A stretch of 64,000 bases of DNA, taken from the human T2T-CHM13v2.0 reference genome, Homo sapiens. Shown one piece after another: positions 1 through 17,513 of this stretch. Position 1 is the first letter of the stretch; every line of letters starts with the position of its first letter. The notes beneath the pieces were generated by a model. The model saw only the letters and a program-made list of their open reading frames with translations, had not been told where the DNA came from and did no database searches. The position numbers and the translations under genes were made by a program. The DNA is taken from assembly GCF_009914755.1 (NCBI RefSeq), contig NC_060925.1; one strand, 5' to 3'.

Positions 1-3230
<3,230 letters not shown>

Positions 3231-6200
3231 TGACAGAATGGCTGAATTGATTAAAAAAAGACCCAATGTTCTGTTGCCTACCAGAAACACACTTCGCCTG
3301 TAAAGACACATACAGATAGAAAATAAAGGGATGGATAAAGATATTCTATGCGGATGGAAACCAAAAAGGGACATGAGTAGCTATACTTACATCAGACAAA
3401 ACAGATTTCAAGTCAAAAACTACAAAGAGAGATAAAGAAGATCATTATATAATGATTAAAGGATCAATTTGGCAAGAGAATATAACGACTGTAAATATTA
3501 CATGCACCCAACATTGGAGCACACAGATATATACAGCAAATATCACTAGAGCTACAGGGAGAGAGATAGACCCTAATACAATAATACATGGAGACTTCAG
3601 TACCTCACTTTTAGCATTGGACAGATCTTCCTGACAGAAAATCAACAAAGAAATATCAGACTTAATCTGCACTACAGACCACATGAACCTCAAAGATATT
3701 TGAAGACTATTTCATCCAATGGCTGCAGAACTCACATTCTTTTCCTCAGCACGTGGATCATTCTTAAAGACAGACCACATGTTAGATCGCCAAGCCAGTC
3801 TTAAAACATTCCAAAAAGCTGAACAAATATCAAGTATCTTCTTTGACCACAATAAACTAGAAATCAATAACAAGAGGAATTTTGGAAACTACACAAACAC
3901 ATGGAAATTAAACAATATGCTCCTGAATGATCAGTGGGTAAATGGAGAAACTAAGAAGGAAATTGAAAAATTTCTTGAAACAAATAAAAATGGAAACACA
4001 ACATACTAAAACCTATGGGATACAGTGAAAGCAGTACTAAGAGGGAAATTTATAGCTATAAGTGCCTATGTCAAAAAAGAAGAAAAACTTCAAATAAACG
4101 ACATAACAATGTATCTTAAATAAACAACATAACAACGTATCTTAAATAACTTGGCTTTGGTTTGCTTTTGCAAAATTAGTAGAAAAAAAAGAAAGATTAG
4201 AGCAGAAATAAATAAAACTGAAATAAAGAAAATACAAAAGATCAGTGAGACAAAAAGCTGGTTATTTGAAAAGATAAACAAAATGACAAACCTTTAGCCA
4301 GACTAAAGAAAAAAGGGAGAAGATCCAAATAAATAAAATCAGACATGAAAACAGAGACATTACAACCAATACCACAGAAATTCAAAGGATAATTGGTGGC
4401 TCCTATAAGAAACTATATGCAAATAAATTGGAAAATCTAGAAGACATGAATAAATTCCTAGCCACATAAAACCTACCAAGATTGAACTGTGAAGAAATCC
4501 CAAACCTGAACAGACCAATAACAAGTAATGACATTGAAGCTGTAATAAATAGTCTCCCACAAAGAAAAGCCCAGGACCCAATGGCTGAACTGCTCAATTT
4601 TACCAAACACTTAAAGAACTAATATCAATCTTACTCAAGCTGATTCAAAAAAGGTGAAGGAGGGAATACTTCCAAATTCATTCTACAAAGCCAATATTAC
4701 CCTCATACTGAAACCAAAGACACATCAAAAAAAAGAAAACTACAGGCCAATATCACTGATGAATATTGATGTAAAAATCCTTAGCAAAATACTAGCAAAC
4801 CAAATTCAACAATACATTAAAAAGATCATTCATCATTAACAAGTGAGATTTATTCCTGGGATGCAAGGATGGTTCAACACATGCAAATCGATCAATGTGA
4901 TACATCATATCAACAGAATGAAGCACAAAAATCATATGATTATTTCAATTGATGCTGAAAAAGCATCTGATAAAATTCAACATCCCTTCAGGATAAAAAC
5001 CCTAAAAAATGGCTATAGAAGAAACATACCTTGACATAATAAAAGCCATATATGACAGACCAATAGCTAGTATCCTAATGAATGAGGAAAAACTGAAAGC
5101 CTTTCCTCTAAGATCTGGAACATGACAATGATGCCCAATTTCACCACTGTTATTCAACATAGTACTGGAAGTCCTAGCTACAGCAATCAGACAAGAGAAA
5201 GAAATAAAGGGCATCCAAATTGGAAAGGAAGAAGTCAATTTATCCTTGTTTGCAGATGACATGATCTTATCATATTTGGAAAAACCTAAAGACTCCACTG
5301 AAAAACTATTAGAACTGATAAACAAATTCAGGGAAGTTTCAGGATACAAAACCAACATACAAAAATTAGTAGCATTTCTATATGCCAACAGTGAACAATC
5401 TGAAAAAGAAATCAATAAAGAATTCCGTTTACAATAGCCATACATAAAATTAAATACCTAGAAATTAACTTAACCAAGTAAGTTAAAGATCTCCACAATG
5501 AAATCTATAAAACAATGATGCAAGAAATTGAAGAGGAAACAAAGAAATGTAAAGATATTCCATATTCATGGATTGGAATAATCAATATTGTTAAAATGTC
5601 CATACTACTCAAGACAATCTGCAGATTTAACACAATCCCTATTCAAAATACCAATGACATTCTTCACAGAAATAGAAGAAATAATACTAAAATTTATAAG
5701 GAACTACAGAAGACCTAGAATTGCCAAAGCTATCCTAAGCAAAAATAACAAAACTGGAGGAATCACATTAACCTGACTTCAAATTACACTACAGAGCTAT
5801 AGTAACCAAATAGCACAGCACTGGCATAAAAACAGACACATAGAGCAGTAGAAAAGAATAGAAAATATAGAAATAAACCCATATATTTGTAGTGAACTCA
5901 TTTTGACAAAGGTGCCAAGAGCACATATTGGGGAAAGGACAGTCTCTTCAATAAACGGTGCTGGGAAAACTGGATATCTGTATGCAGAAGAATGAAACTA
6001 GACCTCTTTCTCTTGCCATTTACAAAAATCAAATCAAATCAAAATGGATTAAACACTTAAACCTCAGACCTCAAACTATGAACTTCCACAAGAAAACATT
6101 GGGGAAACTCTCCAGGACATTGGACTGGACAAAGATTTCTTGAGGAACACTCTACCAGCATAAGCAACCAAAGCAAAAATGGACAAATTGGAGGGCATCA

Positions 6201-7350
6201 AGTTAGAAGCGTTTGCACAGAAAAAGAAATAATCAACTAAGTGAAGAGACTATGGGAGAAAATATTTGCAAACGATCCATCTGACGAAGGAATAATAACC
6301 AGAATATATAAGAAGCTCAAACAACTCTATAGGAACAAAATTTAATAATCCAAGTAAAAAATGGGCAAAAAGATCTGAATAGACTTTTCTCAAAGGAAGA
6401 CATACAAATGGCAAACAGGTAAATGAAAAGGCACTCAACATTACTGATCTTCAGAGAAATGCAAATCAAAACTATAATGAGCTATCATTTCACCCCAGTT
6501 AAAACCACTTTTATCCAAAAGACAGACAATAATAAATGCTGACAAGGATGTGGAGAAAAGGGTATTCTCATACAGTTGGTAGAAATATAAATTAATATAA
6601 CTACTATGGAGGATAGTTTGAAGATTCCTCAAGAAACCAAAAGTAAGCTACCATATGATCCACCAGTCCCACTGCTGGATATATACAGCCCCCCAAAATG
6701 AAATCACTATATTGAAGAGATATATACACTCCCACATTTATTGCAGCACTAATCACAACAGCCAAGCTTTGGAAGCAACCTAAGTGTCCATCAACAGGCA
6801 AATGGATAAAGAAAATGTGTTAAATACATATATACAATGGAATATTATTCAGCCATAAAAAAGAATGAGATCCTGTCATTTGCAACAACATAGATGGAGC
6901 TGGAGGTCATTATGTTAAGTGAAATAAGTTAGGCACAGAAACACAAACTGCCATGTTCTCACTTATTTGTGGGAGCTAAAATTTAAAACAATTGAACTGA
7001 TATAGATAGAGAATAAAATGATGGTTTCCAGAGACAGAGAGGGCAGTCAGGCAGTGGTAGTGGGTAAGCAGAGATAGCTAACGGATACAGAAAAAGAAAG
7101 AATAAGACCTAGTATTTGCTAGCACAGCAGTGTGATTATAGTAAAAAACAATTTAATTTTATATTTTAAAATAACCGAAAGAGTATAATTGAATCGTTTG
7201 TAACACAAGGAGAAAAGCTTGAGGTGATAGACACCCCCATTTAACCAGATGTGATTATTGTGTATTGCATGCCTGTATCAAGATATCTCATGTAACCCAT
7301 AACTATATATACCTACTATGTGCCCACAAATTTAAAAATAAAAAATTTTT
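3231..7350 (+). mobile_element. Older L1 (L1MA1-3-like) from the ORF2 endonuclease region to the 3' end
   Basis: EN motifs (IIHGDFSTSL, TDHML) and RT motif FADDMIL, degraded. L1MA-type 3' end (gatgtgattatt...gcatgcctgtatca...tatgtgcccacaaa) and A-rich tail. Confidence 0.9.
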
Positions 7351-7359
7351 TTAAAGGAT

Positions 7360-9000
7360 TGCTACTTTGACTAGCCACATGCCAGAAACAAATATAAATC
7401 TTATCTGGAAGATGATAACATTTTTCTATGTCTAAATTATGTCAGTAACTTTTTATATACAATGTTTAATACTCAATTAAAACATAAGCATAGAAAGAGA
7501 CAAAAATAACATGAAGAAAACTTGAATGAAACACAATGTACGCTTGCTACAGTTACACAGAGGCCTAGATAATGAAATTACCAAATACAGACTTTAAAAT
7601 AGATATGCTTAATATAGTCAAAAAGAAGAAAGACAAAATTGGGAATTTTCACAGAAACTAGGCTATTTAAAACACAAAAATAATTTCTATAAATGAAAAA
7701 TAAAATAGCTGAAATTAAGAACTAAATGGTTAGGCCTAACAGCAGCTTAGACTCAGCTGAAGATAACACTAATAAACTAGAAGAAAATTCAGAAGAAAAT
7801 GTCTAGAATGAAGTTATAAAGTCAAAAGAAAGAAAAAATAGAACAGGGTAAGAGACAAGGGGGCACAGAAAGAAAGTCTAATATACATGGAACTGGAATA
7901 TTTGAAGAAGCAAGAGAAGGGTCAGAAGCATTATTTGAATAAATATTTGCTAAGAATTTTCCATTACAGATGAGATAAATGAAACCAGCACTATTCAAGG
8001 ACCCCTACAAATGCCAAGTAAAATAAATGAAATTTTAAATTAAACATCATAATAAAACTGCTGAAAAGAGGAGAAAACAGATTACTATGTGGGGTAATAA
8101 AACAGATTACTATCAAAGGAGCAATAAGACCGGGTGCTGGGGTTCATGCCTGTAATCCCAGCACTGTGGAAGGCCAAGGCGGGTGGATAGCTTGAGTTCA
8201 GGAGTTCAATACCAGACTGGGCAACATGTGAAACTCTGTCTCTACCAAAAACAAACAAACAAACAAACAAAATATTAGCAGGGCGTGCTGGCACATGCCT
8301 GTGGTCCCAGCTACTGGGGAGGCTGAGGCACAAGAATCACTTGAGCCTGGGAGGCAGAGGTTGCAGAGAGCTGAGACTGCACCACTGAACTCCAGCTTGG
8401 GTGACACAGTGAGACCCTGTCTCACAAAAAAAAAGGAAAAAGAAAAAAAAAGAGGCAATAAAAGAACAGCAATTGACTACTCAACAGAAACTATGAAAGT
8501 CAAAAAACAAAGGTTATGAGGCTAGATTAAAAAAAAAAATTCCATGCTATGCCGTTTACAAGAGACATATCTGAATGACAAAAATATCAAAAGTTTAAAT
8601 TTAAAAGCCTGGAAAAAGAGAACTTTACTAGAGATTGACAAACTGCTTGTCAAAGTGGTTGTATAAATTTTACTCCCTTGTATAGGAGTTCTTGTTACTC
8701 TACATTCTGTTCAACATTTGCACTGTCAGTTTTTTTTTAACTTCCAGTTTGATGAATGTATAGTAATATCTTATTGTGGTTTAGATTTGCATTTCTCTGA
8801 TTACTAATGTAGTTGAACACATGCTCATGTTTTTTTGACCATTTGGATTTCCTCTTTTGCCTGTTTAAATTTTCTGCCATTTGATATATTTGCCTTTGTT
8901 CATCAAAGTGTAGTTTATTAAACATTATAAATACTGGTCTTTTGTACCTTGATGGCTTGTATTTACATTTTTTAAAATGTATTTTTTTCACTGTCCTATC
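7360..9000. mobile_element. Ancient L1M fragments (+ ORF1-like to about 8600, then a minus-strand piece)
   Basis: A-rich ORF1-like sequence (gaaattaagaac, gctgaaga...ataaactagaaga), then antisense L1 motif (gtggtttagatttgcatttctctgattactaatg). Confidence 0.6.
8128..8450 (+). mobile_element. Alu (J/old S)
   Basis: Dimeric Alu, (caaa)n linker, A tail, TSD-like aaa(g)(g/a)gcaataa. Confidence 0.93.
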
Positions 9001-9244
9001 TTCTATGAGAGAATCACATACTGGTCACTGACTCAAAGTCCAAACAACAGCTATGAGAGAGCACCAAACATCCCGGGCTTGTCTCCAAGTTTGTGTTGTA
9101 ATTGAAACTTAATTAGACCATACCATATTCTGTCAGCTCTGCATGATGGGGTGTGTGATATATACATATGCACATAAATATATGACCAGTTAATTCCACG
9201 AACTTGGTGGTTCTGGCAGAAACAATATGGGGATGGAAGACTAA

Positions 9245-9246
<2 letters not shown>

Positions 9247-9292
<46 letters not shown>
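9247..9292. repeat. (CA)n microsatellite
   Basis: About 23 perfect CA units. Confidence 0.98.
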
Positions 9293-9295
<3 letters not shown>

Positions 9296-9812
9296 AATAG
9301 ATATATTCTAATCTAGTAGAACAAATAATTTATCCTTCCAGAATGAAAACCATCCAACATAATTCACCTCAACCTGTTTCCAGATGGCAGCTTGGTTCTA
9401 CTAGGGAATGGTGGACTTTTGGAATTGGTCTCTGATGCTGGCAAACTGGGTATTCTGCAGTGACAGCAGGTAGATCATCCTTGGTAAGAGGAATCCACCT
9501 TATCAAATCCACAAATGGTCTCCATTCCTGTCTCCATGGTTACCTTATATATACGTTTATGGTGCTTATATATGATTATATATTATATATATTAGATACT
9601 AGTCTGTCTGTATGTATAACTTATATAAGTATACGGTATCTAAATACTTTTTATATAAGTACATGCCAGGGAGGCTGCCATTCCCAAAATAAATAATCTT
9701 GTCCACCTGATGATTGAGAGCCACCTTTATATATCTTTTACAGGATAAACAAATGGGACACAGATATCTGCGTATTTTGTCCATTTCAAGAGGTACACCC
9801 ACATACTTGTAA

Positions 9813-10106
<294 letters not shown>

Positions 10107-11251
10107 TAATCATTAGCCACTGCCATGTTAGTATGGATCTGTACCTCAGGTTATTTTTTATCCATATGAGGCAGAAAACCAGATGTACATCTTGACGTTC
10201 TGCCCATTGGGAGGATTTACTTTTACGGTTTTTCAGGAACACTCTTGATGGTATAGTACAACATTGGCCAACTTCTAGCTGAGGACAGCATATCATAAAG
10301 GACAATCTGTAAATGAGCCCATTATTTTTCTTTCTCTGTCAACTTATCATAAAGAATTTTCTATGAGGCCAAAAGTGTAAATTAAAGGTGAGACAGCCGT
10401 GCAGCAAGAACTGGTGTCAAGAGAACCCGAGCCACCTTCTCATGCAACTTACTCACGCCTTCATGACTGATTCGAACCTGACCTCTGTATGTACCATTTC
10501 CATTTGGTGATGGATTGATTGTTCATATTCCAAATTTTGGGTCTTGATGAATCAGTTAATACCCACTTCATGTTAGACAGCTCTGTTGCAAACCAGGTGC
10601 TATTTCTCAAAAGAATTATCTACAGAAGAGGGAGTGCCTTTGCTCCAAAATTCCAGGGATCTTCCTATTGATAAATGCCACTCAGTAAATGGGTCAGAGT
10701 AGCATAGTCAAATGGGATCTCTAACACTGAAAAATCCAAAGTCCACCAAGTGCTATGTCACTTTCTAATTGGTATATTCCAAAGGTGCAATAACTCATCT
10801 TTCACTCTGAAGGGAATAACCTCAAATTGTCTACAGTATTGTAATTTAGAAACTTCACTTCTGTGGTGGGATTTTGGCATGTATGGTCTTAGTAGATCAG
10901 TGAAGGAATTTGCCATTTACTGTTCACCAGGCCAATTTAGCAGAATGTCATCAATGTAGTGAACCAAAGTAACGTTCTGTGGGATAACAAAATGATTCAG
11001 ATCTGGGAAGACTAGATTTTGGGAACACTGACATAGTCTGAAGGCAAAATTGTGAAGATGTACTGCTGGTCCTACCATGTAAAAGCAAAGTGCTTCTTTT
11101 CGTCCTTGCAAATTGATATAGAAAAAACTAATTGAAGTCAAAAAAACTCTGATTTCCACTTTGCCCATACTAATTATAATGACTGTTCCCACCTTCTCTT
11201 TGGAGGTTAAGTTTTGTCCCTCTGAAATCTTATTATTCTCAGTGAAACTAA

Positions 11252-11653
<402 letters not shown>

Positions 11654-12127
11654 CACTAAGGCATTTTTTAGTGCATTAGTAAATGGAGTGTCCTCTGGGG
11701 TATATGATTGAGAGCTACCTTGGAGTTGGGGTGGCTGTGGGGATGTGATAGCCATGATAAAACATTCCAACATTTTAATATCTTTAAGTCTTTGTACTGC
11801 TTCCTCTTCAACACACCAGGAAGTTCTGACTTCTCAATCTCATTTAACAAGACAAGTTTAGGTCTCAGTTTCAGTCAAGCAAGCAAGCAAATTGTTAGAG
11901 TCAGTCTTAGCCATCATGCTACATCATTAAACCCACCATCTTTATTGATAAATTCAGTCTGATCCAGAATTATATTACATCTTCCTGGCTCTAATAACTT
12001 TAGACTTATTTCTTACACATATTCCCCAGGATATATAAGCTATCTCTTCCTGAATATTTAAAAATCAAGGATCATATGAAGAAAGTTGGTGATGGTTAAC
12101 TTTACAACTGGACTCTGGTTTATCATG

Positions 12128-12422
12128 CTTTTTTTTTTTTTGAGACAGGGTCTGGCTCTGTGGCCAAAGATGGAGTGCAGTGGCATGATCTTGGCTCACT
12201 GCAACCTCTGCCTCCTGGGCTCAAGTGATCTCCTGCCTCAGACTCCTGAGTAGCTGGGACTATAGGTGTGTGCCACCACACTCGGCTAATTTTTGTCTAT
12301 TTTGTAGAGACAGAGTTTTGCCATACTGCCCAAGCTGGTCTTGAACTCCTGCACTAAAATGATCCTCCCACCATGACCTCCCAAAGTGCTGGGATTACAG
12401 GCATAAGGCACCATGCCTGGCC
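12128..12422 (-). mobile_element. AluJ-like
   Basis: Full antisense Alu, diverged. Confidence 0.92.
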
Positions 12423-12644
12423 TAGAGTAGAGTTCTTAATGTTTTTGGAAATACTATTCAAAGGAACTCAGGGCAAAAAACAAAAGCAAAGTAAAAAAAT
12501 AAATGACAAACTGAGAGACTAAATACCACAGATAAGGGAAATCTCCCTAATATACAAGAACTAAAGATCAAGGGAGGAAAAAAGACCAAAAACCCTGAGA
12601 GAAAAATAGACAAAAGACATGTAAAGATTGTTCACAAAAATATA

Positions 12645-13610
12645 GACACAAGGAAAAGAAACTGTCAACAGAGTAAACAGACAACCTACAGAATGGGAGA
12701 AAATACTGGCAAACTATGCATCTGAAAAGGTCTACTATCCAGCATCAAGAAGGAACTTGAAGTTATAAGAAAAAAGAACGCCAGTAAAAAGTGGGCAGAG
12801 GACATGAGCAGACACTTTTCTAAAGAAGACATACATGTGGCCAACAATCATATGAAAAAAAACTCAACATCACTAATCATTAGAGAAATGCAAATCAAAA
12901 CCACAGTGAAATACATCTCATACTAGTTAGAATGGCTACTACTAAAAAGTAAAAAAATAACAGACCCTGGAGAAGTTGTAGAGAAAAAGAAATACTTAAA
13001 CACTGTTGGTGGGAATATAAATTAGTTCGACCATTGTGGAAGACAGCATGGTGATTCCTCAAAGACTTAAAAACAGAAATACCATTTGACCCAGCAAATA
13101 TACCCAGTATATACCCAAAGGAATATAAATTGTTCTACCATAAAGACACATGCACGCATATGTTGACTGCAGCACTATTCACAATAGCAAAGACATGGAA
13201 TCAACCTAACTGCCCATCAGTGGTAGATTGGATAAAGAAAATGTGGTGCATATACAACATGGAATACTATGCAGCCATAAAAAAGAATGGGATCATATCC
13301 TTTGCAGGAACATGGATGGAGCTGGGGGCTACTATCCTTAGCAAACTCACACAGGAACAGAAAACCAAATACCATATGTTCTCACTTATAAGTGGGAGCT
13401 AAATGATGAGAACACACAGACACATAGAGGGGAAAAACATACATTGGGACTTATCAGAGGGTGGTGGGAGGAGGGAGAGGAACAGGATAAATAACTAATG
13501 GGTACTATTAATACCTGAGTGATGACATAATCTGTACAGCAATCCCCCATGACACAAATGTACCTATATAACAAAGCTGCACATGTACCCCTGAACTTAA
13601 AAGTTAAATT
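12645..13610 (+). mobile_element. 5'-truncated L1PA/PB 3' end (about 1 kb) within older L1M fragments spanning about 12440-14950
   Basis: ORF2 C-terminal peptide (AALFTIAKTWNQP) and L1P 3'UTR ending cctgaacttaaaagttaaa. Confidence 0.85.
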
Positions 13611-13659
13611 TTATACAGAAGATAGAAAGACAGACAGACAGACACACAGGCACACACTC

Positions 13660-13795
13660 AGCAAGGTGTGGTGGTTCACAGCTGTAATCCTAGCACTCTG
13701 GGAGGCGGAGGTAGGAGGATCTTGAGGCCAGGAGTTCAAGACCAGCCTGGTCAACAGAGGGAGACCCTCCCATCTCTATTTAAAAAATAAAAAAG
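13660..13795 (+). mobile_element. Alu left monomer / FLAM
   Basis: Single Alu arm with A-rich tail. Confidence 0.8.
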
Positions 13796-13858
13796 ATTAA
13801 AAAGAAAAAGACACTCAACTTCACTAATTAGAAAGTGCAAATTAAAATTACATTGAGG

Positions 13859-14160
13859 GGCCAGACACAGTGGCTGACACTTGTAATCCCAGAACTTTGA
13901 GAGTCCAAAGTGGGAGGATTGCTTGAGGCAAGGAGTTTGAGACCAGCCTGGGCAACACAGTAGACTGTTTCTACCAAAAAAAAAAAAAAAATTGTTGGGC
14001 ATGGTCGCATGCACCTGTAGTCCCAGCTACTCAGGAAGCTGAGGTAAGAGGATAATTTGAGCCCAGGAGTTTGAGGCTGCAGTGAGCTATGATCACACCA
14101 CCGCACTCCATCCTGGGTGACAGAGCGAGACCCCGTCTCCAAAAACAAACAAACAAAAAA
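13859..14160 (+). mobile_element. AluJ-like
   Basis: Dimeric Alu with (caaa)n tail. Confidence 0.92.
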
Positions 14161-14171
14161 CCCCACTAGTG

Positions 14172-14490
<319 letters not shown>

Positions 14491-16613
14491 TTACCTATTA
14501 GCTTAGCAAAAAATTCAGAAGCTGGACAATCCAATCTGTTGGCAAGGCTGAGAGGAAACAGGCATGGTCATACAACCCCTCGAGAGGTGAATTTGACAAT
14601 ACCCTATAAAATGACATATGCGTTTACCCTTTGACTCAACAACTCTACTTGTAGAAAATTATCCTGCAAGATGCATTTCCAGCAATGTGAAAAGACAGAA
14701 GGCCAAGATTATTCCTCATGGCATTATTTAAGATAACAAAATACATATTATACCTTTGTATTGACAGATAGATGCCAATATAAATCAATAATGGGAAAAC
14801 CCTAAAATTGAATTCAAATAGAAACAAACTTAGATATTAAATTAAATATGTAATCATACAGAAAATAACAATTCAAGTAACTTTTAAACGTAGTATTCTG
14901 ATTATAAAAGTTTTTGTCTAAGGAAAAAAAACACTGGAAAGGAATCTCAAATTTCACTTAGGCTTGTGTTTGTCATGGTTGTAATGTAATAATTTCAAAA
15001 CTATTTTGTATGTATAAGGGAAGCACAAACATGGAAGGAGAAAGATGAGGAACCACCCCAGATGTTGGATTTTAATTGGTGGATTCATGATCTTAAAAAG
15101 GCCCAGGTTAGGAGCAACCAGGTTAGGGTTTCTAAATATCACTCATTACCAAAAGAAATGAGATCAGTGAGGAGGTCTTTGCAGTGGCTGAGAAATGAGG
15201 TGCTGAGGCCTGCTCAGGGGCTGGGAAACAAGGCTGAAATTCAAAAAAGCACTTTGCGGGATGAATAGATAGAATTGCTTCCCTCAGTAAAGGAGAAGAG
15301 AGAATCAGTAAGTGAGTTTCTATGATGAAGAGTGGAAGGGGCCATGATGGCACTGAACTAAATATGAAAGGCAGAGAACTGGTTTTTAACATGTTTCGAA
15401 TCAATTTTGAATATGTTGACTTTGAGCCAATAGCTTTCAGATGCTTACAAACCTCCAGAAGTTAAGGGGGTGTCCCAATTTGGGGGTAGTGTTTCTGGTC
15501 CTTCTCCTCAACCAGTTTGATCTCTTACTTACTTCAGGGACAGAGAGGGCGCCAGGGGCTTCCTGAGGCTTCTGCCAACGATTGCCTGTCATAGGGATTA
15601 CACGATGCTCCACAGACAACGCCCAGAATCTTCTCCCTGCAGGATCCCAGTGGGCTACTCTTGAGTGAGCGAACATCAATTCCCAATTGGGGCAGAAAAG
15701 CATTTTCAAGACCTAACTCAGGGACGGGCCCCCACGTGTGGAATTTCTCTTTCATCCCTGCAGCGAAGGCTGACTCGGGGCCTCTGTGGTTTGTGGCTGT
15801 CTGGCTTCATCAGGCTCCGGCTGCCCCCCTGCCTGCCCAGCGCTCCTGCCTGGCTACAGCAAGCATGTCCTGAGCATCCATTCTGAGCAGGCTTCCCGGG
15901 CAGCCTTCCTCCCCTGCACTCTTGGCATTCATGTGGCATGGCTATAAATTATGTCCAGCATGTTCATTTTCAGTTTAAATGTGTTCTCATCCCAAAGGAG
16001 CAACTAATGGCATCAAGTTACTGACGTGAAAAAAGCCTGCCGCTACAATGACTATGGATTAATGAAATAGCAGTCATGGAGGCTGGGGTGGCAATAAATC
16101 GCCAGCCACTGGTGACACGAATTTTAAATTTTGTTCTCCATCCCTTGCCCCCTTCTCCAAAATTATTTTGCTGTAAAGTTGTTTGGTAAATGTTTACCTT
16201 TGCTTAGATGTTTGCTTTCTATTAAAAGTTGATGCAGGCAGGGCCCCTAGCTCTTAGAAAACTGGAAGCGGGATGAGAGGGATTTAAAAGCCTATCATGC
16301 TTTCTCTAGGAGGCGTGAAGGCAAATCTCTTAATCCAGGATCATCACTGACTGATAAATTTCATTCAGAAAATTTGGCAAACACAAGGTTCTTTCAGTGA
16401 ACGCTGCTCATCTGGCATGTAAGTTACTATTCCTACCTTCTGTTATGACTTTTTTCCTAATGAATTTAAAATGAGGAACCCGTACAATTCCCACCAGTGT
16501 TTTTGAAAGGTAGCAAGTCTATTTCTCATCTGATGAAGGGCCCCAGGGTATCCACTGATGGGCCACAGGGAGTCTCAGAATCTCTGATCCTAAAAGCAAA
16601 CTGTTCATACGTA

Positions 16614-16942
16614 CAGTTGGCCCTCTGTATCTGCAGGTCCCGCCATCTGTGGATTCAACTAATATTGGGTTGAAAATATTCAGAAAAACACTGCATTTGT
16701 ATGGAACAGGTACAAACTTTTTCCTTGTCATTATTCCTTAAATGCAGTATAGCAACTATTTACATGGCATTTACATTTTAGTAAGTATTACAAGCAATCT
16801 ACAGATGATTTAAGGTACGCGAGGATGCGCATGGGTTATAAGCAAATACCACGCCATTTTATGTCGGGAACTTGAGCACCTGTGGATTTTGGTACCCAGG
16901 ATGTCCTGGAGCCAATCCCTCATGGATACCAAGGGAAAACTG
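16614..16942. mobile_element. Tigger3a/MER7A-like non-autonomous TcMar DNA transposon
   Basis: TA target duplications, terminal inverted repeats cagttggccct...agggaaaactg, and characteristic internal sequence. Confidence 0.85.
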
Positions 16943-17054
16943 TATGGTTTTCTAGAAAGAAGGTCTTTAGATTCATCAAATTCACTAAATGTTCTGTAAC
17001 ATCAAAAACAAACAAACAAAAACAAAAACAAAAACAAAAAACGTAAGGCTAACT

Positions 17055-17513
17055 ATGGTGGACTGCAGTGATGGCTCCAGTTTCTTCCCCCCCAGGTGTC
17101 CATGCCCTTGCAATGGTGCTCTGCAGTCCCTCCTAATGAGGAGCCTGTACCCATCCCTTGATTCTGGGGTGGCCTTGAGATTGGCTGTGGTCCATGGGAT
17201 ACTAATATGATACAAGCAGAGTTGAAAAAGTATTTGTACACTGGGGCTTGCCTCCTTACAGTGCCCAGAACTCCACAGCCACGTGAACAAGGCTGGGCGA
17301 ACTGATGAGCTACATGGCCCAGTCACCTCCACTTCCCAGCAGACCTACCAACCAGCAACCACATAGAGTGAGTGACCCCACTGAGACCAGCATGCCTAGG
17401 CCAAACCAGAAGGACTGTCCAGCTCAAACTGCTGACCTACAATAACCTTAAAAAAAAGGTTATTTTAAGCAACTAAGTTCTGGGGTAGTTTGTTATGCGG
17501 TAAAGCTAACTGA
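17055..17513 (+). mobile_element. MLT1 (G/H-like) MaLR LTR; its last bases (taca) lie at 20621-20624 beyond the L1 insertion
   Basis: MLT1 motifs (ccatcccttgattctggggtggccttgagattggc; ttttaagcaactaagttctggggtagtttgttatgc...gctaactga|taca). Confidence 0.8.
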
